Assembly (NCBI GenBank): GCA_038246075.1
Contig: JBBRRV010000004.1
Span: 1-54,009, forward strand
DNA from: Bacteroidales bacterium
GTDB lineage: Bacteria; Bacteroidota; Bacteroidia; Bacteroidales; DASVHX01
Length of the DNA: 54,009 nt
Direction: 5' to 3'
Below, in pieces: positions 26,146 through 36,377 of the stretch. The notes under the pieces are model-generated. The model was not told the origin of the DNA, searched no databases, and was given only the letters and a program-made list of their open reading frames with translations. Position numbers and translations under genes: made by a program. Each line of letters opens with the position of its first letter. Positions within the stretch are counted from its first letter, which is position 1.

Positions 26146-28167
26146 CTATTCAACTTTTCCCATTTTCAATACCAGCGCCGTTCTGCTAGTCAGGTATATT
26201 CTGAGACGATTGGTTGCTGAAGCATGGTGAAGATATGTCGGATATTCCATTGTATCATTTATGCGGCCTAAGCCACCAAAGACTTTATTATCCGTATTTA
26301 GCACGATGTGATAGGTTCCACCCTGGTTTACCGTAAATTCATAATTGGGGATAGATTCAGTGACGTGGAAGTTGAAGACGAAAATAAATGATCCCCGCTC
26401 AAAAATGACGGTTTTATTTGCTTCATCCAAATTAAGCTGTCTGGCAAAATTGTTCGAAAGAAATTTTTCAGATTTTGCCAAACCAATCATGGCCCGGTCA
26501 AATGCAGCCAGCTTGCTGAAATATAATAGCGGGTTATCTACCAGCGACCATTGTCTGCGTGCAAATTTGAAACTCCAGTCGTTGCCCGCCCTGGGAAAAT
26601 CAATCCATTCCGGATGGCCAAATTCATTACCCATAAAATTAAGGTAGGCCTGGCCGCCAAGCGACAAAGTGAAGAGGCGGATCATTTTATGTAATGCGAT
26701 TCCGCGGTCAATTACAGGCGTAGAATCTATGGCGCGCATATGATGATACATCTCGGCATCCATCAGCCTGAAAGCGATTGTTTTATCGCCTACAAGCGCC
26801 TGGTCGTGAGACTCGCAATAAGCAACCGTCTTCACATACGGAAGTCTGTCGTTCAGTACTTTCCACATTTCAGCCATATTCCAGTTTTCATCGGGAATTT
26901 CCTTTAAGAGTTTGATCCAGAAGTCAGGTATTCCCATCCCGAGCCTGTAATCGAATCCGATACCGCCTTCATTCTCAGCAATAGTTAAACCTGGCATCCC
27001 CGTGACATCTTCGGCGATGGTGAGTATATTCTTGCTGATCTTGTGAGAAAGATAATTTGCCAGTTGCAGGTAAGTTATAGCGTCCCATTCTACGCCATCC
27101 GTAAAATATTTCTCCTGTGTATCAATTTTTTCGTCACCATGATGAAAATACAACATGGAGCCGACACCATCAAAACGGAAACCATCGAAATGGAATTCGT
27201 TGAGCCAGTAGGAAATGTTGGAAAGCAGAAACTGTAATACTTCCGTCTTGCCATAATCAAAGAGCATAGAATCCCACAAAACGTGCTCGCCTCTTGGTCC
27301 GGCATGAAAATACTGAGCATCAGTTCCGTCGAAGAGCCTTAATCCCTCCTGAAGATTTTTCACCGTATGTGAATGCACAATATCAAGGATAACGGCAATG
27401 CCCAGTTGGTGAGCTGTCATCACTAATGTTTTAAGCTCTTCCGGAGTGCCAAACCGAGAGGAAGGTGCAAAGAAGTTTGCCACATGGTAACCGAAGGAGC
27501 CATAGTAGGGATGCTCCTGGATGGCCATGAGTTGAATGGCATTGTATCCGGCTTTTTGAATGCGTGGCAGGATATTTTCGGTAAACTCGGTATATGTGCC
27601 GATGCCTTCTTTTTCCTGGGCCATTCCCACATGGCATTCGTAGATAAAGAGATTGTCCTTATCAGCTAGCTTGTAATGATCATTTTTCCAGTCAAAAGGA
27701 TCGGGGGCCCATGCCTGGGCCGAGAAGTTCTTGGTATCCTCATCCTGCACAGCCCGCCGGATGTAAGCTGGTATTCGCAACTGTTCACCAATCTGGCTCT
27801 GAACGACGACTTTTATTTTGTCGCCATGTTTAAGTTCATCGCCGGCAAGTTCAATTTCCCAGATTCCACCGTCGATACGCCTGAGTGGGTGCGAATATTT
27901 ATTCCAGGCATTAAAGTCCCCGGTAAGGAACAAGGCATCAGCTCCCGGCGCCCATTCCCTGTATGTCCAGCTATGCTTGCTTTTATGATAATTAACGCCG
28001 AAGTATTCATAAGCTTTTGCAAACTGAAGTATGCTGCCAGCCTGATTTTCAATATGCTGCAGTTTATTTCTAAACCGCTCGTAACGCTGATAAATGGCAT
28101 TTTCACTGGGTTCCAGCCAGGGATCGATGGTCACTAACTTAAGGCGATGGTGTGCTTGATCTGACAT
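26146..28167 (-). CDS. glgB: 1,4-alpha-glucan branching enzyme (GH13, eukaryote-like subfamily)
   Basis: YREWAPGA, IYECHVGM, EHPYYGSFGYHV, DGFRFDGV, IAED, ESHDQALVGDKT, LNFMGNEFGHPEWIDFPR. Confidence 0.95.
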   Translation of the reverse strand: MSDQAHHRLKLVTIDPWLEPSENAIYQRYERFRNKLQHIENQAGSILQFAKAYEYFGVNYHKSKHSWTYREWAPGADALFLTGDFNAWNKYSHPLRRIDGGIWEIELAGDELKHGDKIKVVVQSQIGEQLRIPAYIRRAVQDEDTKNFSAQAWAPDPFDWKNDHYKLADKDNLFIYECHVGMAQEKEGIGTYTEFTENILPRIQKAGYNAIQLMAIQEHPYYGSFGYHVANFFAPSSRFGTPEELKTLVMTAHQLGIAVILDIVHSHTVKNLQEGLRLFDGTDAQYFHAGPRGEHVLWDSMLFDYGKTEVLQFLLSNISYWLNEFHFDGFRFDGVGSMLYFHHGDEKIDTQEKYFTDGVEWDAITYLQLANYLSHKISKNILTIAEDVTGMPGLTIAENEGGIGFDYRLGMGIPDFWIKLLKEIPDENWNMAEMWKVLNDRLPYVKTVAYCESHDQALVGDKTIAFRLMDAEMYHHMRAIDSTPVIDRGIALHKMIRLFTLSLGGQAYLNFMGNEFGHPEWIDFPRAGNDWSFKFARRQWSLVDNPLLYFSKLAAFDRAMIGLAKSEKFLSNNFARQLNLDEANKTVIFERGSFIFVFNFHVTESIPNYEFTVNQGGTYHIVLNTDNKVFGGLGRINDTMEYPTYLHHASATNRLRIYLTSRTALVLKMGKVE

Positions 28168-28509
28168 TTGAAAAGGAGTTTATTCACAAACTTAGCTAAT
28201 TTTATTCAAAGCATTACAATCCGTTCAGATTCTGATCACCGTGATCCTGATCTGGTGGACAGTAGGTTTCCAATAGGGTAGGGGCAATCAATTTAGAATT
28301 CACAATTGGATGAACATCCATGCAACAATTATGAAGCTATTGCGTTGGTTTCATTGTTATCAATACCTTCGGCAAAGTGTCCTTTTATGGTATGAATATT
28401 GCTTGTCATATACTGCAATTGTATTTTTAAAAAACAAATTAAGCAAAACAGTTACATATATAACATTTAACATGTATTATTAAAATTATGAACATTTAAT
28501 TCAATAATT

Positions 28510-28989
28510 ATGAAAAAGTTCCTTAATACAGCGCTGCTGCTGGCGTTCATTGCAACATTTACCGGTTGTGCAAAAGACAACGGCCCCAGTGGAAATGCAG
28601 ATTTAGCTAGTTTTAATTATACCATCCGGGCAAACCAATGGCTGATGGATGGTACTGCCGGAACGCCTGGTTATCAGTATTACAGCAGGTTTGAAGTGCC
28701 GGAAATCACGCAGCGTGTAATGGATTTAGGTACCGTAATGGTTTACAAACAAGATAACAGCCTGTTTTATCCTTTGCCGGTGAGCACGAGCTATGCCGGT
28801 TACGTAAGCACCATTCAATATAATGTATATCTTGGCATGATAGAGATATTCATTGAAGATACTGATTTCTTAACAGATCCGCCTGTAGAAATGAATTTTA
28901 AAGTTGTCGTCTTTAATCAGCTCAAATCTTTGCCTGTATCACTTGATATCAAAAATTACAAACAGGTTGAAGCCTACATGGGCAAGTAA
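28510..28989 (+). CDS. Hypothetical lipoprotein
   Basis: MKKF...FTGC lipobox; own terminator. Confidence 0.85.
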   Translation: MKKFLNTALLLAFIATFTGCAKDNGPSGNADLASFNYTIRANQWLMDGTAGTPGYQYYSRFEVPEITQRVMDLGTVMVYKQDNSLFYPLPVSTSYAGYVSTIQYNVYLGMIEIFIEDTDFLTDPPVEMNFKVVVFNQLKSLPVSLDIKNYKQVEAYMGK

Positions 28990-29023
28990 CGATTGCAGGC
29001 TTACCATTGCGTTCAGGCTATTG

Positions 29024-29052
29024 AAAGTCCCGGTATTTTACCGGGACTTTTT
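29024..29052 (+). terminator. Intrinsic terminator
   Basis: AAAGTCCCGGTA-TTT-TACCGGGACTTT-TT. Confidence 0.85.
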
Positions 29053-29143
29053 ATGCTTTTGAATGTCATATAATTAATATTATGTTAAGTAGCATTTTCA
29101 GGCTAATGCCAAAACATTGCTTTCACCCTTGTGCTTATTTATA

Positions 29144-29292
29144 GTTCAACCCCTGCGGGCTGATGGTACATGACCTTCAAAGACCGTGGGTTTCACCCAC
29201 GGTCTTTGATATTCCGGAATTAGGTGGTTGAGCGAAGTCGAAACCACCATGCAAAAGACCCTTCGGCTACCCTCCGGCCTGGCTCAGTGGCC
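29144..29292. repeat. Cluster of REP-like palindromic elements
   Basis: TCAAAGACCGTGGG-TTTCA-CCCACGGTCTTTGA (29177-29209); GGTGGTTGAGCGAAGTCGAAACCACC (29223-29248); degenerate inverted copy CCCTTCGGCT...GCTCAG (~29259-29288). Confidence 0.65.
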
Positions 29293-29447
29293 TGAATCAA
29301 AGTACTTCAGCGCGCTTGGGTACTTCATAAAACCCTTGCTTCCCTCCTATCATTTATGGTGACATATATTCTCCTGTAGCCGGATGATTTATAGGTGAAT
29401 TATTGTTGCACAGGCAATGCTTGTAAGAGGTCAGACAAATGAGCAAT

Positions 29448-29488
29448 AAAGCAAAAGGGGGAAAACTGCGCTTTCCCCCTTTTGCTTT
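29448..29488 (-). terminator. Intrinsic terminator of the gyrA-TPR unit
   Basis: AAAGCAAAAGGGGGAAA-7nt-TTTCCCCCTTTTGCTTT. Confidence 0.8.
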
Positions 29489-29541
29489 TATTTTATGATT
29501 ATGCTATGAACGGCAAATACGCCGGGTCATTAAAGTGCAAC

Positions 29542-30717
29542 TTACTTGTTTTGCATCTTGGCATTCACTTCTTTAAGCTTATCGAACATCTGAAGCCTGG
29601 TATAAACTTCCTTCAACGAAACCATGGCATTCATATCATCAGGATGCATTCTGCTGGCTGTCTCAAGGTATGGCAGCGCCAGTTTCAGGTGATCATTACC
29701 ATCAACAACCATGGCATCGTATCGCTTATCTCCCAAAGGAAGTTTGTTGGCGATATTGATGATATCTCCGCCTTTATTAAAGTACAAAGCTCCCAGGTTA
29801 AAGATGGCATCAAAATAATTTGAATCGAGTTTGATAGCGTCTTTATAAGCTACTGTTGCTTTATCAAAATAAGTTTGTTTTTCTTCCTGTGTTTTGGTGG
29901 AATCAGAGCGAAGCATATCATAAGTTACACCTATCGCAAACACGATGGATTTGTTACCTGGATCTTTTTCGCGCGCCAGACTGAGACTTTCCAGTGCTTT
30001 GGTTGGATTCTTTTGCTGCAGGTAAAGATTCGATTGTGAAATGATCAGATTGAAATCATTAGGATAAATTACTCTTCCTTCCTTGAGGATGGCTTCAGAT
30101 TTTTCAATCTCCTTTTGTTCGCTGTATATATTGGCAAGAGAACTGTACAACAAAGGGTTTTTAACCTTAAGTTTAATAAGTTGTTCGTAATAAGGTATGG
30201 CTTTTGAAAATTGCTTGGCACCTTCGAAACTCAGCGCAGCACCATATAAAGCCATGGTATCTGTGTTGTTCAGTGACTGACTTACAGCAATGGCTTTTTC
30301 GAATGTTTCGCCTGACTTTTCAAAATCAGATGCCTGGAAAAGTATAGCACCTGCGTTGTAGAGTTGTTCACTGATGGTAAGCATGCTTACCATGATCTGA
30401 GGCTGTAACTCTTTTTTAACATCCAATTCAGTTGCTTTCTTGTAAGAATCATAAGCAATCTTCAATGCATCAGGTGAAAGGCTTTTAAATTCAGGTTTAA
30501 CACTGCGGTGAATATCCAGGTAGATATTGCCCCTGTACAACCATGTCTTGGCATCGCTCATTGTAGATGGATCAAGAATGGCAGGCTCGATGGCTTCCTT
30601 TGCTTTATCGAGTTGGCCATCATTCCAGTAGCTATAAGCCTTTCTTTGATTTGATTTTTGTGCATTTACTACGCCAAATGCCATTATCATGGTGAGTAGA
30701 ATCAGAATTTTTTTCAT
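29542..30717 (-). CDS. Secreted tetratricopeptide repeat protein
   Basis: Signal peptide; repeated TPR helices (AKTWLYRGNIY, AIFNLGALYFN); typical gyrA neighbour in Bacteroidota. Confidence 0.9.
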   Translation of the reverse strand: MKKILILLTMIMAFGVVNAQKSNQRKAYSYWNDGQLDKAKEAIEPAILDPSTMSDAKTWLYRGNIYLDIHRSVKPEFKSLSPDALKIAYDSYKKATELDVKKELQPQIMVSMLTISEQLYNAGAILFQASDFEKSGETFEKAIAVSQSLNNTDTMALYGAALSFEGAKQFSKAIPYYEQLIKLKVKNPLLYSSLANIYSEQKEIEKSEAILKEGRVIYPNDFNLIISQSNLYLQQKNPTKALESLSLAREKDPGNKSIVFAIGVTYDMLRSDSTKTQEEKQTYFDKATVAYKDAIKLDSNYFDAIFNLGALYFNKGGDIINIANKLPLGDKRYDAMVVDGNDHLKLALPYLETASRMHPDDMNAMVSLKEVYTRLQMFDKLKEVNAKMQNK

Positions 30718-30826
30718 TTTAAGTTGATTTGGATTAAAGGTTTATAAATGATTGTTTTCGTGCATGCAATATCGCAATATGATGTAGTAAGCAAAATTCG
30801 TGCAAATATATAAAGATTGATTAAAT

Positions 30827-33415
30827 CTATTCAATATCTGTAACATCTTTTACGTCAGTATCATCAATCATTTGCCCGCCAGCATCATTATCTGCATTTT
30901 CATCGCCATTTTCAGCTGCATTTTCGAGCAAAATATCTGCATCCTCGTTCATCTCTTCCAATTCCAGTTCAACTTCCACTTTGGCTACAGCAGCAATCGC
31001 ATCATCATCCCGGAGGTTAATGAGCCTGACCCCTTGTGTGGCACGCCCCATGACTCTCAGGTCGGCCACGCCCAGTCTGATAATTAATCCGGATTTATTG
31101 ATAATCATCAGATCGTCGTTATCGGTTACGTTCTTGATAGATATGAGACTGCCTGTTTTTTCGGTTACATTAAGCGTCTTCACGCCTTTTCCGCCCCTGT
31201 TGGTCACGCGGTAATCCTCCAGTTTTGAACGTTTTCCATATCCATTTTCAGAAACTACCAGAATATCGAAATTGTCACTGTCAAGGCAAATCATTCCTAC
31301 TACTTCATCGTCCTTACCTGATAAACTAATACCGCGAACCCCTGTGGCATTGCGGCCCATCGGGCGGACTTTTATCTCATTGAAGCGGATGGCCCTGCCT
31401 GATTTCAAAGCCATGATCATCTCGCTTGCTCCATTGGTGAGCCTTGCTTCAAGCAAGGTATCGTCGTCCTTAATATTAATGGCGTTGATCCCGTTCAGTC
31501 GTGGTCGTGAATAAGCATCAAGCGATGTTTTCTTTATAGTGCCTTTTTTGGTGCAAAGAATGATAAAGGTATTTTTGAGATATTCCTCGTCCTTGAGATC
31601 CTTCACATTGATGATAGCCCTTATTTTATCATCCGGCTCAATGTTGATCATGTTTTGGATGGCTCTTCCTTTGGATACTTTACTCCCTTCAGGGATTTCA
31701 AATACCCTGAGCCAGAAGCACTTACCTTTTTCAGTGAAAAAGAGCATATAATTATGCATGGATGCGATATACAAGTGTTCCAGGAAGTCTTCGTCGCGGA
31801 TATCGGATCCTCTTGCACCACGCCCTCCCCTGTTCTGTTTGCGGTATTCGCTGAGTATGGTTCGCTTGATGTATCCCATATGCGAAATGGTGATCACTAC
31901 GTTTTCATCTGCAATGGTATCTTCAATTTTGAAATCCTTGGCCGAATAAATGATATCGGTGCGGGGTTCATCACCATATTTTTCTTTGATCTCCTTCAGC
32001 TCGTCTTTGATAATCTCCATTCTCATGTTCTCATCACCAAGAATGGCCTGATAGTGTTCGATCATTTTCAGCAGCGCATCATATTCTTCACGTATTTTAT
32101 CCCTCTCAAGACCTGTAAGGCGCTGCAAACGCATATCAAGAATGGCTTTTGCCTGGATATCGCTCAGCGCGAATTTATCCATTAAACCTGTCCTGGCTTC
32201 ATCAGGTGTTTTGGATGCCCGGATAAGTGAAATGACTTCATCAAGGTGATCAAGTGCAATAAGCAGTCCTTCAAGTACATGCGCGCGTTTTAGCGCTTCA
32301 TTAAGATCGTATCGTGTTCTGCGTATGACTACTTCGTGGCGATGTTCAACGAAATGCAGGATGAGTTGCTTCAGATTTAACATCTGAGGGCGTCCTTTAA
32401 CCAGAGCAATGTTATTTACGCTGAATGAACTCTGCAGCGCTGTCATCTGGTAAAGTTTATTCAGCACTACATTGGTGATGGCATCTCTTTTCAATTCATA
32501 TACGATGCGCATACCATTACGGTCTGATTCGTCGCGGATATCGGAAATGCCTTCGATTTTCTTATCATTGATGAGATCGGCAGTTTTTTTTATCATTTCC
32601 GCCTTGTTCACCTGGTAAGGAATGGAAATGGCAATAATACTTTCCCTGCCGTTGTCTTCAGTTTCAATTTTTGTTTCGCCGCGTACAACAATTCTTCCAC
32701 GACCTGTTTCAAAAGCATCCCTCACACCATCATATCCATAGATAACGCCTCCGGTGGGGAAATCCGGAGCTTTAATAAATTTCATCAGCTCTGGTATGGT
32801 GATGTCGCGGTTATCTATATAAGCAATGATTCCGTCTACCACTTCGGCAAGGTTGTGGGGAGGCATATTGGTGGCCATCCCGACAGCTATTCCGGAGGCT
32901 CCGTTGATGAGCAGGTTAGGTATACGGCCCGGAAGTACTGTGGGTTCCGTTAAGGAATCATCGAAGTTATTCCTGAAATCTACTGTGTCTTTTTCAATAT
33001 CGTCAAGCAGTTCTTCAGCAATCTTACGCAGCCGGGCTTCAGTATAACGCATTGCAGCAGGGCTGTCGCCGTCAATAGACCCAAAGTTTCCCTGTCCGTC
33101 CACCAATGGGTAGCGCAAGGACCATTCCTGGGCCATACGTACCATCGCGTCATAAACAGACTGGTCACCGTGTGGGTGATATTTACCCAGAACTTCTCCA
33201 ACGATCCTGGCTGATTTTTTATATGATCTGTTCGAAAGTACACCCAAATCAAGCATTCCGTATAGTACCCTGCGGTGAACAGGTTTTAATCCATCGCGGA
33301 TATCTGGCAGTGCACGAGCAACGATTACCGACATTGAATAATCAATGTAAGCAGCCTTCATTTGGTTTTCAATATTTACCCTAACAATTTTCTCACCTTC
33401 CTGGTTTGTTTCCAT
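30827..33415 (-). CDS. gyrA: DNA gyrase subunit A
   Basis: [31 protein letters not shown], GyrA-box QNRGGRG, beta-pinwheel repeats, acidic tail. Confidence 0.99.
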   Translation of the reverse strand: METNQEGEKIVRVNIENQMKAAYIDYSMSVIVARALPDIRDGLKPVHRRVLYGMLDLGVLSNRSYKKSARIVGEVLGKYHPHGDQSVYDAMVRMAQEWSLRYPLVDGQGNFGSIDGDSPAAMRYTEARLRKIAEELLDDIEKDTVDFRNNFDDSLTEPTVLPGRIPNLLINGASGIAVGMATNMPPHNLAEVVDGIIAYIDNRDITIPELMKFIKAPDFPTGGVIYGYDGVRDAFETGRGRIVVRGETKIETEDNGRESIIAISIPYQVNKAEMIKKTADLINDKKIEGISDIRDESDRNGMRIVYELKRDAITNVVLNKLYQMTALQSSFSVNNIALVKGRPQMLNLKQLILHFVEHRHEVVIRRTRYDLNEALKRAHVLEGLLIALDHLDEVISLIRASKTPDEARTGLMDKFALSDIQAKAILDMRLQRLTGLERDKIREEYDALLKMIEHYQAILGDENMRMEIIKDELKEIKEKYGDEPRTDIIYSAKDFKIEDTIADENVVITISHMGYIKRTILSEYRKQNRGGRGARGSDIRDEDFLEHLYIASMHNYMLFFTEKGKCFWLRVFEIPEGSKVSKGRAIQNMINIEPDDKIRAIINVKDLKDEEYLKNTFIILCTKKGTIKKTSLDAYSRPRLNGINAINIKDDDTLLEARLTNGASEMIMALKSGRAIRFNEIKVRPMGRNATGVRGISLSGKDDEVVGMICLDSDNFDILVVSENGYGKRSKLEDYRVTNRGGKGVKTLNVTEKTGSLISIKNVTDNDDLMIINKSGLIIRLGVADLRVMGRATQGVRLINLRDDDAIAAVAKVEVELELEEMNEDADILLENAAENGDENADNDAGGQMIDDTDVKDVTDIE

Positions 33416-33720
33416 CAGCTAAATCAATCAGTATTAGTTAATTATATTCTTCAAATAATCGTACACGAAAGTAAACAATTTTAGCTTACCATGGTTCTTT
33501 TAGTAGGTCTAAATAGCCCTTTGTTACGAACAATGAACTGTTGAAAATTGTTGTTATGAAATGGCCCAATTGATGCCATTGCAAGTAATTTTGAAGCAGT
33601 GGTGACAATATCTGTTGATGTGGTAATTTTATACTACTTATTGAGTAATTTTATACCACTGAAATTTATTATGCCTTTGGGGGATTAGCAAGGGTTTTTG
33701 ATAATTATATTTATACATAA

Positions 33721-36297
33721 ATGGAAGCAAAATTCTCGCAAAGAGTAAAAGATGTTCTTGCTTATAGCCGTGAAGAAGCATTGCGGCTGGGCAATGAATA
33801 TATTGGAGTAGAACACTTGTTATTAGGGATCATTCGCGAGGGCGAAGGAATGGCTATTCAGATATTGAAATATCTGGGTGTTGATCTGATGGAAGTCCGC
33901 AAGTCAATTGAAACTGCTATTGCCAGCTATGCGCACCGCGAAAAGGAAGTTGAAAATCTGCCACTTGTTAAACAGGCTGAACGCGCATTAAAATTAACCT
34001 ACCTTGAAGCAAAATTGTTTAATAATGACCTCATCGGGACTGAGCATTTGCTGCTTGCTATCCTTAAAGATGAGGAAAACCTTGTAAGTAGAACTTTTAT
34101 GAAATATGGTGTAGATTACGATTCTGTAAAAGAAGAAGTAAAATCAATTATCTCCAATGGTCAGATGGGATCTGCGGGTTCCGAAGAACCAAAGGATGAA
34201 ATGCCCGGAGGTATGCAGGATGACGACCCTGACGAAGGATCCAAAGGCTATGGTGGCACTACCAAGAAGGTAACAGATCCGAAATCGCGGACACCTGTCC
34301 TTGATAATTTTGGCCGCGACCTTACCAAAGCCGCCGAGGAAGACCGTCTTGATCCTATTGTGGGCCGGGAAAAGGAACTCGAACGTATTTCGCAGATACT
34401 TAGCCGCCGTAAGAAAAACAATCCAATCCTTATAGGTGAACCTGGTGTAGGTAAATCAGCCATTGCTGAGGGACTTGCATTGCGGATCGTGCAGCGGAAA
34501 GTATCGCGTGCACTCTTTAATAAGCGCATCTTCACACTCGATCTTGCCTCACTCGTGGCCGGGACCAAATACCGCGGGCAGTTTGAGGAGCGTATGAAAG
34601 CCGTGCTGAACGAGCTTGAGAAAAACCGTGATATCATTCTTTTTATTGATGAAATCCATACCATTGTGGGTGCCGGAAATGCCTCGGGCTCGCTGGATGC
34701 TTCCAACATGTTTAAACCTGCTCTTGCCAGGGGCGAAATACAATGCATCGGGGCCACCACGTTGGATGAGTATCGTCAGTATATCGAAAAGGACGGAGCG
34801 CTGGAACGCCGTTTCCAGAAAATCATTGTGGATCCTACTTCGCCGGAAGAAACTGCTGAAATTCTCAACAACATCAAGGAGAAATATGAAGATCACCATC
34901 TGGTTAAATATTCCCCTGAAGCTATTGAAGCCTGTGTTTATCTTACTAACCGCTATATAACTGACCGCTATCTTCCTGACAAAGCCATTGATGCGCTGGA
35001 TGAGGCCGGTGCACGTGTTCATATCACCAATCTTCATGTTCCGATTGAAATTATCAATATCGAGAACCTGATTGAGGATGTGAAACAGAAGAAACTTAAA
35101 GCCATCAGCAGTCAAAAATTTGAAGAGGCCGCCAAGTTTCGCGATAATGAGCGGAAACTCCAGGGGCAGCTTGACACCGAAAAGCAACGCTGGGAAGATG
35201 AGTCGAAAATTCACCGCGAAATTGTCACTGCAGAAAACGTTGCCGAAGTGGTTGCTATGATGACCGGTGTTCCTGTTCAACGCATTGCCCAGAACGAAAG
35301 CGACCGACTGTTAAACATGGAAGTCGAACTTGCAGGGTCAGTTGTCGGACAGACAGATGCAATCAGCAAAGTGGTGAAAGCCATTCGCCGTAACCGCGCC
35401 GGACTCAAGGACCCGAACAAACCTATCGGAACATTTATTTTCCTGGGACCAACCGGGGTTGGTAAGACACACCTCGCAAAAGTCCTTGCAAAATATTTAT
35501 TCGACTCGGAAGAAGCACTCATCCGCATTGACATGAGTGAGTACATGGAAAAGTTTGCCGTCTCCCGCCTTGTAGGAGCTCCTCCCGGTTATGTTGGATA
35601 CGAAGAAGGCGGCCAGCTTACCGAAAAAGTGCGCCGCAGGCCATATTCTATTGTGCTGCTGGATGAAATTGAAAAAGCGCATCCTGATATTTTCCATATC
35701 CTGCTGCAGGTTCTTGATGACGGGCAGCTTACTGACAGTCTTGGCCGTCGCGTTGACTTCAAGAATACGATCGTCATCATGACTTCAAACATCGGGTCGC
35801 GTGAACTCAAAGATTTTGGTGCCGGTGTTGGTTTTAATACCTCTGCCAAGCAATCGTCATGGTCCTCCAACGCACAGAGTGTGATCGAAAATGCGCTTAA
35901 AAAATCCTTTGCACCTGAATTCCTCAACAGGATCGACGATGTCGTTATTTTTGAATCGCTCGAACGCGAATCCATCCACAAAATTATTGATATAGAATTG
36001 CGAAACCTCTTCCACAGGGTGGAGAAGATGGGCTACAAGATGGAGATATCCGAAAAAGCAAAGGACTTTATTGTGGAAAAAGGCTGGGATGCGCAGTTCG
36101 GAGCACGTCCGCTAAAACGCGCCATCCAGAAATATGTGGAAGATACGCTTGCAGAAGAGATCATCAGGGCCAACCTGAAAGAAGGCGCCTTGCTGATGAT
36201 AGATTTTGACCAGGAAGCCTATGCAATGACCGTTAAATCAATCGAAGTTGTGCAGGATACAGTGTCAGATCCACCTGCCGCTGAAACCACGGAATAA
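33721..36297 (+). CDS. clpC: ATP-dependent Clp protease ATP-binding subunit ClpC
   Basis: Clp-N repeats, GEPGVGKS and GPTGVGKT Walker A motifs, UVR-type middle domain, VGF ClpP-docking loop. Confidence 0.96.
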   Translation: MEAKFSQRVKDVLAYSREEALRLGNEYIGVEHLLLGIIREGEGMAIQILKYLGVDLMEVRKSIETAIASYAHREKEVENLPLVKQAERALKLTYLEAKLFNNDLIGTEHLLLAILKDEENLVSRTFMKYGVDYDSVKEEVKSIISNGQMGSAGSEEPKDEMPGGMQDDDPDEGSKGYGGTTKKVTDPKSRTPVLDNFGRDLTKAAEEDRLDPIVGREKELERISQILSRRKKNNPILIGEPGVGKSAIAEGLALRIVQRKVSRALFNKRIFTLDLASLVAGTKYRGQFEERMKAVLNELEKNRDIILFIDEIHTIVGAGNASGSLDASNMFKPALARGEIQCIGATTLDEYRQYIEKDGALERRFQKIIVDPTSPEETAEILNNIKEKYEDHHLVKYSPEAIEACVYLTNRYITDRYLPDKAIDALDEAGARVHITNLHVPIEIINIENLIEDVKQKKLKAISSQKFEEAAKFRDNERKLQGQLDTEKQRWEDESKIHREIVTAENVAEVVAMMTGVPVQRIAQNESDRLLNMEVELAGSVVGQTDAISKVVKAIRRNRAGLKDPNKPIGTFIFLGPTGVGKTHLAKVLAKYLFDSEEALIRIDMSEYMEKFAVSRLVGAPPGYVGYEEGGQLTEKVRRRPYSIVLLDEIEKAHPDIFHILLQVLDDGQLTDSLGRRVDFKNTIVIMTSNIGSRELKDFGAGVGFNTSAKQSSWSSNAQSVIENALKKSFAPEFLNRIDDVVIFESLERESIHKIIDIELRNLFHRVEKMGYKMEISEKAKDFIVEKGWDAQFGARPLKRAIQKYVEDTLAEEIIRANLKEGALLMIDFDQEAYAMTVKSIEVVQDTVSDPPAAETTE

Positions 36298-36314
36298 GAT
36301 TTATAAACCTGAAC

Positions 36315-36344
36315 AAAAAAAGAGCCTCACGGCTCTTTTTTTTT
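36315..36344. terminator. Bidirectional terminator between clpC and the acyl-CoA dehydrogenase
   Basis: AAAAAAAGAGCC-TCAC-GGCTCTTTTTTTTT. Confidence 0.88.
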
Positions 36345-36377
36345 GATTAGACTGAAAGGTTATGCTGCGCTTTGCAA

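Noticed and set aside
33416-33720. Replication origin near gyrA
   Set aside because: AT-rich but no cluster of DnaA boxes; explained as divergent gyrA/clpC promoters
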